This document shows, piece by piece, positions 28,161-38,390 of a stretch of 64,000 nt of DNA. The notes under the pieces were generated by a model that was not told the origin of the DNA, made no database searches, and was given only the letters and a program-made list of their open reading frames with translations. Each line of letters begins with the position of its first letter. The first letter of the stretch is position 1. Made by a program: the position numbers and the translations under genes. Origin of the DNA: Candidatus Bathyarchaeota archaeon (GTDB taxonomy: Archaea > Thermoproteota > Bathyarchaeia > 40CM-2-53-6); contig CAVSBL010000002.1 of NCBI GenBank assembly GCA_963726255.1, positions 1,984,001 through 2,048,000 on the forward strand, in the 5' to 3' direction.

Positions 28161-29942
28161 TTGCTCGCGACGTGCTTCGTCATGCAATATTCTTTCGGTG
28201 GCATAGATGAAATATCGCAGTATATGCAAACGGCGCTCGGCCAACAGAAACCAACGCTGATCATAAACGACGCCAACATCGTGGACGTGTATCAAGGCAC
28301 AACATACGAAGGAAATGTTTGGGTATGTAATGATCGAATAGTGTCCGTTACGAAGAAAGAGAGCGAAGGTCTTGTTGTAATTGACGGCCGCGGAATGTAC
28401 CTTGCCCCCGGTTTCATGGACGCACATATGCACATTGAACCTACAATGTTGCTTCCCAGCGAATTAGCGAGGCTTGTACTTCGATGCGGGGTTACTGCAA
28501 TTTTCGCTGACCCCCACGAAATTGCAAACGTCTTTGGCGGCGACGGCGTAAGGGAACTTGTCAGGTTAAGCGAAGGCGTACCGCTGCGAATCTTCGTGCA
28601 GGTTCCTTCGAGGGTTCCGACGGCGGAGGGCCTCGAAGATAGTGGCGCCTCGTTCGACCTCGAAACAATACGCCAACTTCTTTCGATCAAGAACGCGGCC
28701 ACCCTTGGAGAGCTAAACTATCAGAACCTGTTCTCAAACCCCCGGAAGTTCATCGGCGAGATACACGTCGCGGATATGCTGGGAAAGATGGTCAACGGGC
28801 ATTTGGCTGGGGCATCCCTTGAACAAATAGATGCAGCAGCCTCAGTTGGGCTCGCCGATGATCACGAATGCGTTTCAGCCGAGGAAGCAATCGAGAGGGC
28901 AAAAAGAGGGGTCGCGGTCTTAGTTAGGGAAGGTAGCGCTGAGAGAAACCTAAGAGACATAATGAGCAATCTCAAGATCAATGACTACCGATCCTATCTC
29001 ATGTGCAGCGATGACAAGCATCCTGATGATATTCTGGCGGAAGGTCACGTAGACTTCAACGTGCGATTGGCCATTAAGTCTGGCGTGGACCCCATAGTCG
29101 CAATCCAAATGGCTACGATAAACACGGCACAACACTTCGGCTTAGAACATCTGATCGGGTCAGTTGCTCCGGGACGAAAGGCGGATTTGGTCCTCTTCAA
29201 GGGATTAGATCAAATTGACGTTAAGGCATCGATCTTTGACGGCAGAATAGCGTACAAAGACGGTAAGGTTCTTTTTTCTCATGAAGCGCCGAAACCGTCG
29301 CCTAAGTTTCTAGATTCCATCAAAGTCAATCCCGAGATCAAGGCCACGGATTTGGCGATAGAGCATGGTGGCCGAAGCGCGGAGGTCTACGTGATTGAAG
29401 TCACCGAGGGGCAAATTCTGAAAGGAAAGGGTGTTGCGAACTTGCCGGTGGAACACGGGCTAATCGCTTCAGACCCATCTTCTGACGTTGTGCACGTCGC
29501 GGTTGTTGAAAGGCATCGGGGACTGAAGTCTATTGGCCGCAGTTTCGTTAAGGGCTTCTCGGTGAAGGACGGAGCCATGGGGTCTTCCGTATCTCACGAC
29601 CACCACAACATCATAATCGTCGGGGATAATGTTGGCGACATGTACTTGGCGCTTAAGGAATTGGAGAAGATCAGAGGAGGGTTCACTTGCATATCAAAAG
29701 GTAAGATTCTTCATTCAATTCCGCTCCAGTTCGGTGGCTTGATTTCTCTCGAACGATACGAAACGCTCTTGGAGAGTCTCAAGAGACTGAATGAAATGGC
29801 TAAGTCTGTTGAGACAAAAATGAAAAGTCCGTTTATGCAACTCGAGTTTCTGTCTCTCCCTTCCGTTCCCGAGCTTGGAATAACGAACAGAGGGTTGATA
29901 GACGTCAGAAATTGGAGGATTATCAATCCGGTCTTGTCCTGA
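28161..29942 (+). CDS. ade: Adenine deaminase (likely start ATG 28182)
   Basis: PGFMDAHMHIE, DPHEIANV, DDHEC, REGS, CSDD, SHDHHN. Confidence 0.9.
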   Translation: MLATCFVMQYSFGGIDEISQYMQTALGQQKPTLIINDANIVDVYQGTTYEGNVWVCNDRIVSVTKKESEGLVVIDGRGMYLAPGFMDAHMHIEPTMLLPSELARLVLRCGVTAIFADPHEIANVFGGDGVRELVRLSEGVPLRIFVQVPSRVPTAEGLEDSGASFDLETIRQLLSIKNAATLGELNYQNLFSNPRKFIGEIHVADMLGKMVNGHLAGASLEQIDAAASVGLADDHECVSAEEAIERAKRGVAVLVREGSAERNLRDIMSNLKINDYRSYLMCSDDKHPDDILAEGHVDFNVRLAIKSGVDPIVAIQMATINTAQHFGLEHLIGSVAPGRKADLVLFKGLDQIDVKASIFDGRIAYKDGKVLFSHEAPKPSPKFLDSIKVNPEIKATDLAIEHGGRSAEVYVIEVTEGQILKGKGVANLPVEHGLIASDPSSDVVHVAVVERHRGLKSIGRSFVKGFSVKDGAMGSSVSHDHHNIIIVGDNVGDMYLALKELEKIRGGFTCISKGKILHSIPLQFGGLISLERYETLLESLKRLNEMAKSVETKMKSPFMQLEFLSLPSVPELGITNRGLIDVRNWRIINPVLS

Positions 29943-29993
29943 ATAGTTCCGAATTTTTCCTACGACAAACCTAGCGAACGGGCTAGCGACTTT

Positions 29994-31151
29994 GTGCCAA
30001 GCTTTAATAGCGCCGAACCGAGCATCGTGTCCATGCGACGGGTTGTTTTTCCCGGAAAACGTGGAATAACTAGAGTAGCCTTAGCTGCCATCGTAATTGT
30101 CGTTGTCGTCGTGGCAGCAGTCGGTGTCTACTTCTATAGCAGTAGTTTGGTTACCCCACCGCCCCCAGTGACCCAGAAAACGACGCTTAAGGTCGCCATC
30201 TTGCTACCCGGACAGAAGAACGACCTTTCTTGGAACCAGGCCGCTTACGAGTCGTACTTGAAGATGATTGCAGACCTGAATGCTGAGGGGAAGTACAATT
30301 TGGTTACGTCTGCTGCCGAGGGGCTCTACACGTCTGCCGACATCACGCCCGCATTGACCAGTCTGGGGTCCCAGGGATATGATCTTGTCATAGGAGATGG
30401 TTTCCAGTATACTGGGCCCGCGATTCAACTATCATCCACCTACCCGAACACAGGGTTCTTGATATCTGGCGGATATGAGTCAGCCAGGAACGTGGCGGTA
30501 CTTCTGCCCGCAACAGGGGAGGCTGGTTTCATCTTAGGCGTGTTGGCGGCGAGACTATCTCATACTGGAAAGGTTGGAATCATTGGTGGCGAAGATGTCT
30601 CTGAGATTACATGGGCGACCAAAGGTTTCTTGTTGGGAGTGACTTATGCCAACCAAAACTTCGGGTTGAATGTTCAGGCAATAAACACGTTCCTGGGGAA
30701 CTTCAATGACCCGGCTGGCGCGAGGGCAGCTGCAGCCGCCGACGTCGCCCAAGGCGTAGATGTACTCTACACTACTGGTGACGGAATATCGGTTGGAGTT
30801 GCAAGCGAAGCGGAATCTGCGCATGTAGCATTCATCTATAATGACTGGAACGAAACTGCGCTCGCGCCCACCGCAACAGTTGGCGGGCTCTCGTACTCGA
30901 TCGCACCCATATACGAAGAGGCACTAAACGATTGGCTCACGAATCACACGTTTAGCGCACTCCCGTATTACGCCACATTTCCAAATCAAGGCCTTTCGCT
31001 GGAGCTCACAAGCAGAGTATCTAGCAGTGATGCGGCCGTAATACACACACTCCTCCAAGCAGTCCTTGCGAACAAGATAAGAGTGTACCAAGAGTTAACG
31101 AACGGAACTCTGGTTTATTCACCTGTGACCCCCGCTTTCAACTCACTTTAG
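29994..31151 (+). CDS. BMP-family ABC substrate-binding protein (purine nucleoside)
   Basis: N-terminal TM anchor, DLSWNQAAY, SHTGKVGIIGG, FNDPA, GVDVLY. Confidence 0.88.
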   Translation: MPSFNSAEPSIVSMRRVVFPGKRGITRVALAAIVIVVVVVAAVGVYFYSSSLVTPPPPVTQKTTLKVAILLPGQKNDLSWNQAAYESYLKMIADLNAEGKYNLVTSAAEGLYTSADITPALTSLGSQGYDLVIGDGFQYTGPAIQLSSTYPNTGFLISGGYESARNVAVLLPATGEAGFILGVLAARLSHTGKVGIIGGEDVSEITWATKGFLLGVTYANQNFGLNVQAINTFLGNFNDPAGARAAAAADVAQGVDVLYTTGDGISVGVASEAESAHVAFIYNDWNETALAPTATVGGLSYSIAPIYEEALNDWLTNHTFSALPYYATFPNQGLSLELTSRVSSSDAAVIHTLLQAVLANKIRVYQELTNGTLVYSPVTPAFNSL

Positions 31152-31172
31152 TTAGTTGATTGTGATGGTCGA

Positions 31173-32237
31173 ATGGTTGCATACGCCAGAGTATTCCTGA
31201 TAGTCTTCTTTACACTCTTGGCGGTCTTTCTCAGTTCTCTTCTTTTCTTGCTCTTCGATCTTTCACCTATCACCGGCTTGCTCTCCCTCTTTCAGATCGG
31301 CTTCGGTTCGCGGCAAGGGTTAATCTCCACAGTTGGTGGGGCCGTGCCGCTCCTAATCGTGGCTGTGGGGCTCTCAGTTCCCTTTACGGCACGAGTGTGG
31401 AACATTGGCGGGCAAGGGCAATTTGTAATCGGCTCGATAGCGGCTACATGGGTCGGCTTGAAGTTAGCGGGAACTCTTCCGCCCGGGTTCATCATAATAC
31501 TAGCCATGTTCGGCTCATTCCTTGGCGGTGTTGCGTGGATTCTTCCCCCCACACTGATGAAAATCCGGCTGGGGATCAATGAGGTAATTACGACATTAAT
31601 GATGAATTTCATCGCCGTTTTCTTACTGGACTATCTAATTGCGGGGCCCATGGAGGGTGCTGCAGCCGCTGTCTCGCATGAACCGTCGAGTGCACCAATA
31701 CCTCCGTCTCTGTTGCTCCCAGCGGTTGTGCCTAGAACGAACATCGGTGTTGGGCTCTTGATAGCGCTCTTGCTGGCTCTAGGTCTCTTTTTCTTATTGA
31801 AGTTCACCAGGTTGGGCTATGAGCTACGGGTGATAGGGCAAAGTCATGATGTTGCCAAGTATGCTGGCATACCGATTGCGAGGGACATACTGCTCTCGAC
31901 GGTGATCAGCGGGGGAATTGCTGGCATAGCGGGTATGGTTGACATCTTCGGCGCCACGGGCATCTTGCTTCCACAAGTCTTCAGCGACATTACAACAAGC
32001 TACGGATACGTGGGAATACCTGTCGCCCTCATCGCTTCCCTTAATCCCCTAGCAATAATCGGGTCCGCCATATTCTTCAGCGGCATACTAACCGGCACCT
32101 ACGGGCTTGAGCTGGCTCACGGAATCCCAATCGACGTTGTCACTGCCGTTTACGGCTTAGTGATGTTCCTAGCTCCTCTAGGCGTTTATTTGAGTCTGGG
32201 AAAACGAAAACCAACCCTTGCTAAGGCGAAACAATGA
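31173..32237 (+). CDS. Nucleoside ABC transporter permease 1
   Basis: WNIGGQGQ, NEVITTLMMN, TRLGYELRVIG...AKYAGI. Confidence 0.9.
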   Translation: MVAYARVFLIVFFTLLAVFLSSLLFLLFDLSPITGLLSLFQIGFGSRQGLISTVGGAVPLLIVAVGLSVPFTARVWNIGGQGQFVIGSIAATWVGLKLAGTLPPGFIIILAMFGSFLGGVAWILPPTLMKIRLGINEVITTLMMNFIAVFLLDYLIAGPMEGAAAAVSHEPSSAPIPPSLLLPAVVPRTNIGVGLLIALLLALGLFFLLKFTRLGYELRVIGQSHDVAKYAGIPIARDILLSTVISGGIAGIAGMVDIFGATGILLPQVFSDITTSYGYVGIPVALIASLNPLAIIGSAIFFSGILTGTYGLELAHGIPIDVVTAVYGLVMFLAPLGVYLSLGKRKPTLAKAKQ

Positions 32238-33172
32238 ACTTTGACACTTTAGCATCATTCATCGCCATCATGTTAGTGGGCATGGTTCCGAGGGCCATGC
32301 CGATTATTTCCGCGGCAACAGGCGAACTGGTAGACCAGAACGCTGGAATTCTGAACCTTGGCGTGGAGGGGCTCATGCTGATTGGGACGATCGTGGGATT
32401 CCTTGCGGATTTCTACACTGGGAACGTCATACTCGCCTTTTTCCTAGCGGGATTGTCTGGATTGCTTCTTTCAATGTTGCACGCTTTCGCGAGCGTTTCT
32501 CTTAAGGCCGACCAAGTGGTTAGTGGGACAGCTCTCTGGTTCATCGGTTGGGGCCTCTCCGGCGTCATCTACAGAGCCCTATTCAGAAAGTTCCTCGTCC
32601 CACCCACAATCAGTCCTCTGGCCCACCTAAACATCCCATTCCTCTCAACGGTTCCAGTTATAGGGCCTATACTCTTCGGGCAAGATGCCGTTGCATATTT
32701 CATAATAGCCGTTCTCATAGCTACACACTATTTCCTCTTCCACACCCAAGCTGGCCTCAATCTAAGGGCCGTCGGGGAGGATCCTAGAACCGCGGAAGAG
32801 ATGGGAGTAAACCCGAAACTCTACAGGTACGCGGCAACAATGTTCGGAGGTTTCATGGCCGGGATAGGTGGTGCATACTTAGCTATCGCAATTACTGGAA
32901 CCTTTTACTATAATCTAACCGCAGGAATCGGTTTCATCGCAGTCGCTCTGATTTATTTTGGCAAGTGGAAGCCTTTTCGAACGCTCTTGGGTTGCCTGAT
33001 CTATGGAACGGTGTATCTGCTGTTCTTGACTATTCAAACACATTTTCAATCAATTCCCTACCAATTCTTCGCAATGTGGCCCTACTTGGCCATATTGATA
33101 ATAATCGCAGCCGTCGCGTCCCGAAGCCGAGCCCCATCTTCGCTAGCAAAACCTTATGAAAAAGGCGAATGA
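32234..33172 (+). CDS. Nucleoside ABC transporter permease 2
   Basis: GILNLGVEG, GLNLRAVGEDP, GFIAVALIYFGKW. Confidence 0.9.
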   Translation: MNFDTLASFIAIMLVGMVPRAMPIISAATGELVDQNAGILNLGVEGLMLIGTIVGFLADFYTGNVILAFFLAGLSGLLLSMLHAFASVSLKADQVVSGTALWFIGWGLSGVIYRALFRKFLVPPTISPLAHLNIPFLSTVPVIGPILFGQDAVAYFIIAVLIATHYFLFHTQAGLNLRAVGEDPRTAEEMGVNPKLYRYAATMFGGFMAGIGGAYLAIAITGTFYYNLTAGIGFIAVALIYFGKWKPFRTLLGCLIYGTVYLLFLTIQTHFQSIPYQFFAMWPYLAILIIIAAVASRSRAPSSLAKPYEKGE

Positions 33173-34716
33173 CCGTGGATGCTCCAATCGTTAGCATGAA
33201 GCAAATAACTAAGACGTTCCCCGGAGTCGTTGCTAACGATCAGGTTAGCTTAGACCTGTTCCCTCAAGAGATACACGTTCTTCTAGGAGAGAACGGCGCC
33301 GGGAAGACGACCCTAATGAACGTCCTGTACGGTTTCTACAAACCCGACAGCGGCGAGGTATTCGTCGACAACAAACCTATACGGATGAGAAGCCCGGTAG
33401 ATGCTCAATCGCTCGGCATTGGAATGGTATTCCAACATTTCTCACTCATTGAAATCTTCACAGTCCTAGAAAACTTCGCGATAGGCCGAAGAGAAGGCAT
33501 GAGGCTGAAACTTTCAGGCCTTGAGGCTAAGGTCAAAGAAGCAGAGCAGCAGTATAACATGCAAGTGGACGTAAACCGCAAGGTCGAGGAGCTAAGCATA
33601 GCCGAGAAGCAAAAGGCCGAGATTCTCAAAATACTCTTCAGAGGCGCCAGAATCCTCATCTTGGACGAACCGACTTCAATGTTGACACCTCAAGAAACCG
33701 AGGCCCTGTTCAAGAACTTGAACACACTCAAGAGACAGGGCAAATGCATAGTTCTGATTACACACAAACTATACGAAATCCTCGAGGTAGCTGACAGGGT
33801 AACCGTCCTAAGAAAAGGGCGAGTTGTCTTCAGGTCTGGCAGGGAGGGATTAACAGCTGACGTACTCGCCGAAGCGGCTATGGGCCAATCTGTGAACCTT
33901 GAGGAATTCAAGAGAGCGGAAGGGAAGGGCAAAGCCTCCCTAGTTGTCAAGGGCCTTTCGGTAAGAGGCGATAGAGGAGAGCGGGCAGTGGCAGGGGCCT
34001 CGTTCGAAATTCAACAAGGCGAGATACTGGGCGTAGCGGGCATAGCAGGTAACGGCCAACGCGAGCTCGTGGAGGCGTTAGCAGGATTAAGGAAAGTCGA
34101 GGAAGGCAACGTGCTGTTCGAGGGCGCAGACCTAGCCAACAAAGGAGTTAGGGAGAGAATCCGGCAAGGCATCAGGTACATACCCGAAGACCGCAAAAGG
34201 CGAGGTGTCGCGATAAACCTCCCTCTCACTCACAACGCCGTCCTACGTGACCATTGGCGTTCCCCCTACGAACAAAATCAAGTGATAAGATTCAAGGCCG
34301 TACGGGAATTTGCTAGGAGAATAATCTCCGAATTCGGCGTCGTAGCCTCATCCGAATCAGCCATCGCGAACGACCTGTCCGGAGGCAATCTGCAGAAATT
34401 CATTGTAGGCCGCGAGTTTCTACGAGATTCACGTTGCATCATAGCCGAGAACCCAACGGCCGGGTTGGATGTGGCTTCGACCAACTATGTGAGGAACCTG
34501 CTGGTCGAATACAGGAATGCGGGGAAAGGAGTGCTTTTGGTCTCCGGTGACTTGGACGAACTGCTCACGATCAGCGACAGAATGATAGTCATGTACAGAG
34601 GCAGAGCGAGTGATTATGTGGAAAGAGGTAACTTCGATAAGTTCAAGATAGGTGCAATGATGCTGGGTGAGAGTTTTCAGCAGCCGCAGGGCGAAGGTCC
34701 TCAGCTCGCGCCTTGA
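33169..34716 (+). CDS. Nucleoside ABC transporter ATP-binding protein (two ABC domains)
   Basis: GENGAGKTT, LILDEPT, LSGGNLQK. Confidence 0.93.
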   Translation: MTVDAPIVSMKQITKTFPGVVANDQVSLDLFPQEIHVLLGENGAGKTTLMNVLYGFYKPDSGEVFVDNKPIRMRSPVDAQSLGIGMVFQHFSLIEIFTVLENFAIGRREGMRLKLSGLEAKVKEAEQQYNMQVDVNRKVEELSIAEKQKAEILKILFRGARILILDEPTSMLTPQETEALFKNLNTLKRQGKCIVLITHKLYEILEVADRVTVLRKGRVVFRSGREGLTADVLAEAAMGQSVNLEEFKRAEGKGKASLVVKGLSVRGDRGERAVAGASFEIQQGEILGVAGIAGNGQRELVEALAGLRKVEEGNVLFEGADLANKGVRERIRQGIRYIPEDRKRRGVAINLPLTHNAVLRDHWRSPYEQNQVIRFKAVREFARRIISEFGVVASSESAIANDLSGGNLQKFIVGREFLRDSRCIIAENPTAGLDVASTNYVRNLLVEYRNAGKGVLLVSGDLDELLTISDRMIVMYRGRASDYVERGNFDKFKIGAMMLGESFQQPQGEGPQLAP

Positions 34717-34731
34717 TTCAAGTGGGCTTGT

Positions 34732-36993
34732 ATGAATCGCATTGGCTACAGCGAACCGAGGCTTGACGGAATCTCCAAGGCTTCAGGGAAATTCCGGTAT
34801 GCAGCCGACGTGCTCCTCAAGGATGCCCTCATAGGCAAAGTATTGCGCAGTCCGCTCCCGCACGCAGTAATCAAGAACGTAGACACCTCGCGAGCACTTG
34901 CGCAACCAGGAGTCAGGGCGGTCCTAACCTATCGCGACATAGCCGGCCCGAACCTTTTCGGAGCTGTAATCCCTGACCAGCCAGCGTTATGTCGAGATAG
35001 AGTTCGATACGAAGGTGACGCGGTCGCCGTGGTCGCAGCGGATTCCGAAGAAGAAGCGGAAATGGCTTTGGAGCACATAGACTTTGACTATGAACCCCTT
35101 CCCGTGATTACGAATCCCCAAGAAGCCTTGAACCCCGTAGCCATCAAAATACATGAGAAAGGCAACGTCGCACACCGAGTGGAATACGCAAAAGGCAGGG
35201 CTCAGGATGCCTTCCAAAACGCGGACCTGACGATTTCAGAACGGTATCATACTCCGCGGCAGAAGCACATGTATATCGAAACGGAAGCCGGCTTCAGCGT
35301 CCCAACTAAGAAGGGGGTCGACGTGTATGTGGCCAGCCAGGTGCCTTTCCAGGATAGGTTGCAGATCTGTAGAGCCCTATCGCTGCCTCAAAGTTCCGTG
35401 AGGGTAATCGCGATTGACCCAGGCGGGGCCTTCGGGGGAAAAGAAGAGATTACTGTGCAAATCCACCTCACTATACTGGCGATGAAAACAAAGAAGCCAG
35501 TGAAGATGAGTTGGACACGCGAGGAATCGGGAATATCCGCCACCACGAGGCATCCCATGGACATCGAGTTGAAAACGGGTTTTCGAAAGGATGGAACGCT
35601 ACTCGCAAATGACGCTCGTCTAATCGCGGACACCGGAGCCTACATGTCTTACGGCCCAACAGTTATCGAAGTAGCCGCCGGGGCAGTGAACGGACCCTAC
35701 AGAATCCCACACACCCATGTTGAAGCCCTGAGCGTCTACACGAACAACCCGCCAGCGGGGGCTATGCGAGGGTTCGGTGTAGCCCAAGTCAATTTTGCTA
35801 TGGAGACCCAACTCGACATAGCTGCAGAAAAACTCGGCCTCGACCCGATTGAGCTGAGGAAAATCAATGCATTAAAAGAGGGAGAACCCGACGGAACTGG
35901 CTACGCTCCAATTACGAAGCCACGCTTCATGGAAACATTGGAAACAGCCCAGAAAGTGAACCTGTGGGAAAGCAGGGTAACCTACCGCGGACGGGGAGAA
36001 CGGCCTTGGTTGTTCAGGGGCGTAGGGTTCGCGGCTGGCATGAAGAGTATGGGCTATGGGGCCTTCCCTGAACAGGTCATGGTCAAGGTTCAGCTTACTC
36101 GTGAAGGAGGGTACAGGGTATACACCAGCAACCCGGAGATGGGAAGCGGCACTTCCACTGCTCTCAGGCAGATAGCGGCACAAGCCCTCAACACATCCGT
36201 TTCAAGGATTGAACTTGCCCCGCGCGACACGAAGTACGGTGTCGACTCCGGAGGGTCAGATGCCTCAAGGGTTGTTTACGTTATCGGCAACGCAATAATC
36301 AAAGCCTCAGCCAAACTGAAACAAAGGCTGTTGAAGGAAGCGTCGCGACGTCTGAGGACAAGAGCGGATTCGCTCAAATTGAGCTCCGCAGCCGTGGTTG
36401 GCCGCGGGAAGCGATTAAGCCTCCGCGACTTGGCTCGGACGAGAACTCTAACGGCCACTGCTTGGTATTCCGTTCCCAGGCCGTCTAATCCCCTGCCTGG
36501 TACCATGAGCATTCCTAATCTTCTCTTCTCATTCGCTGCCTGTGTTGCTAACGTGGAAGTCAACACTCTCACGGGCCAGGTGAAAGTGCTCAACCTTGCG
36601 TTCGTTCCCGAGGTTGGGACGGTGATAAACCCGCAAGGATTGGAAGCTCAAATCGAAGGGGGAATGATCCAATCAATTGGCTACGCCCTAATGGAGGACA
36701 TGCAAGTTGACGCGGGGAAAGTTAGGACCCCGAATTTTACCACATATTTGGTTCCAACCATGGAAGATACGCCCAAGCCAGTCGTTGTACCTGTGGCAGG
36801 TGTGCATGAGCCTACGGGGCCCTTCGGGGCCAAAGGTGCCGGTGAACTATCAACGATAGCAGTTCCCGCAGCGATCTGCAATGCTATACACGACGCTGTC
36901 GGAGCCAGAGTCAAAGCGATACCAGCAACGCCCGAACGGGTTTTCACTGCAATCCAAGTATCCCAACACATGCATGAAGACGATTCGGAGTAA
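34732..36993 (+). CDS. Xanthine dehydrogenase-family molybdopterin-binding large subunit
   Basis: RSPLPHA, GGAFGGKEE, GAMRGFG, AQIEGG, GPFGAKGAGE. Confidence 0.9.
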   Translation: MNRIGYSEPRLDGISKASGKFRYAADVLLKDALIGKVLRSPLPHAVIKNVDTSRALAQPGVRAVLTYRDIAGPNLFGAVIPDQPALCRDRVRYEGDAVAVVAADSEEEAEMALEHIDFDYEPLPVITNPQEALNPVAIKIHEKGNVAHRVEYAKGRAQDAFQNADLTISERYHTPRQKHMYIETEAGFSVPTKKGVDVYVASQVPFQDRLQICRALSLPQSSVRVIAIDPGGAFGGKEEITVQIHLTILAMKTKKPVKMSWTREESGISATTRHPMDIELKTGFRKDGTLLANDARLIADTGAYMSYGPTVIEVAAGAVNGPYRIPHTHVEALSVYTNNPPAGAMRGFGVAQVNFAMETQLDIAAEKLGLDPIELRKINALKEGEPDGTGYAPITKPRFMETLETAQKVNLWESRVTYRGRGERPWLFRGVGFAAGMKSMGYGAFPEQVMVKVQLTREGGYRVYTSNPEMGSGTSTALRQIAAQALNTSVSRIELAPRDTKYGVDSGGSDASRVVYVIGNAIIKASAKLKQRLLKEASRRLRTRADSLKLSSAAVVGRGKRLSLRDLARTRTLTATAWYSVPRPSNPLPGTMSIPNLLFSFAACVANVEVNTLTGQVKVLNLAFVPEVGTVINPQGLEAQIEGGMIQSIGYALMEDMQVDAGKVRTPNFTTYLVPTMEDTPKPVVVPVAGVHEPTGPFGAKGAGELSTIAVPAAICNAIHDAVGARVKAIPATPERVFTAIQVSQHMHEDDSE

Positions 36994-37068
36994 GCCTTGA
37001 ACAGCGCCACAAAAGAGAAGAGCAAAGCATATTTCAAAAGCTCAAACTGTGCTTGGCTGAGTTGTTCC

Positions 37069-37538
37069 ATGAAACTACCCACTGAAAATATCGATGAAAA
37101 ATTCATGCGTTTGGCGATTGCCGAAGCCATTGATGCCGCAAGAGAAGGTAATGCACCCATAGGGTCAGTGATCACAAGAAATGGGCGAGTAGTTGCGCGG
37201 GTCACAACCAGGTTTTCACCAAACATGACGTTACCGCGCACGCAGAGATTGTGAGCATTCATAAACTCACCAAACGTACCGGGAGTTTCAATTTGAGTCA
37301 TCATACATTATACTCAACTTTTGAACCCTGCGCGATGTGCATCGTAGCCGTGCTTCGGACGAATATTCCTAGGGTAGCCTATGGTGCGCTAGGAGTGGAT
37401 GCGCCTCAATTCTCAAGCGGGATGCTCCAGCAAGCTAATCGCCGCATCCACGCCCCCGCGAAAAGCAGACTCACATTCGTCCCTGGAATACTGAGGCATG
37501 AATGCGCGCGACTGTTAATGAACGCTACACCGGACTAA
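37069..37538 (+). pseudogene. Frameshifted Zn-dependent nucleoside/guanine deaminase (TadA/GuaD-like)
   Basis: One extra G at about 37199-37201 joins MKLPTENIDEKFMRLA...GRVVAR to GHNQVFTKHDVTAHAEIV...TLYSTFEPCAMC, restoring the HAE and PCxxC motifs. Confidence 0.8.
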
Positions 37539-37571
37539 GGATTGAGGCGAGCCTAAATCGACTTCAGAGGC

Positions 37572-38084
37572 TTATAGTTCGAGCATCATCTCCCACGTGC
37601 GCTTGAAACCGTGCCGGACATAGAGCCTTCTACCCATTGCGCTTGCATGAAGCCAAAGCCCCGTGTACCCGTTCCTCTTCGCCCATTTCACGGCCTCGTC
37701 AACAATCAGCGAGGCCAGGCCTCGTCTACGCCATTTCGGTTCAGTATACATAGAAAGGAGGTAGGGTTGAACTAGGTGTGGCACTCTAGGCCGTGTTATG
37801 GCAGGGCGTAACCACACGATCCCCCCAGCCACAATGTCCTTTCCTTCTGTCTCTATTACCCATCCAACCACTCTCCCATTCCTCAACCGTGGCTGAACCC
37901 AACGCCGAAAGGCTCGGTCGTGCTCGTCCAGTTTGGCCCGGTTTCGCTTACCCATGTCCAGCCACATGCCTCGCCGCTGGTGAACGAGCATGTCAATGTC
38001 GCGGAGCCTCGCACGGCGAAGTTTCACACGAGCTCTCTTTAGGTCCCGGTGTCTAGCGCTACGAACGAGTAACGAGTTATCCAT
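37572..38084 (-). CDS. GNAT-family acetyltransferase
   Basis: MYTEPKWRRRGLAS, LHASAMGRRLY..HGF. Confidence 0.88.
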   Translation of the reverse strand: MDNSLLVRSARHRDLKRARVKLRRARLRDIDMLVHQRRGMWLDMGKRNRAKLDEHDRAFRRWVQPRLRNGRVVGWVIETEGKDIVAGGIVWLRPAITRPRVPHLVQPYLLSMYTEPKWRRRGLASLIVDEAVKWAKRNGYTGLWLHASAMGRRLYVRHGFKRTWEMMLEL

Positions 38085-38390
38085 GGAATAGTCCGGCGAG
38101 ATACATTGAGTAGAACCCGATTAGCGAAGCTATGATATAGACCGGTGCGATGTCTTCGTCAACAAAATTAGGAATCAGTTTGCATTCGACGTAGACAGCA
38201 GCCGCGCCTCCTAACGCAAAGAAGTACGTTGAGTTGATGGGCGTCAAGAGTGCAAGGCCTAACCCCATAACGGTTGGCACTCCCGAAACCAAACCTAGAA
38301 TGAAGATGCCCGTGGTTGTTGACTTAGCAGCGGTCGCAACTGCACCGATGACGAGTCCTTCCAGAAACTTGTGCAGAACATAGGCAACGC
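38077..38390 (-). pseudogene. C-terminal fragment of a ZIP-like metal permease
   Basis: Frame of ORF 38077-38292 extends upstream as VAYVLHKFLEGLVIGA...LVSGVPTV (ZIP-like HKxxEG helix). The N-terminal half is absent. Confidence 0.55.
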
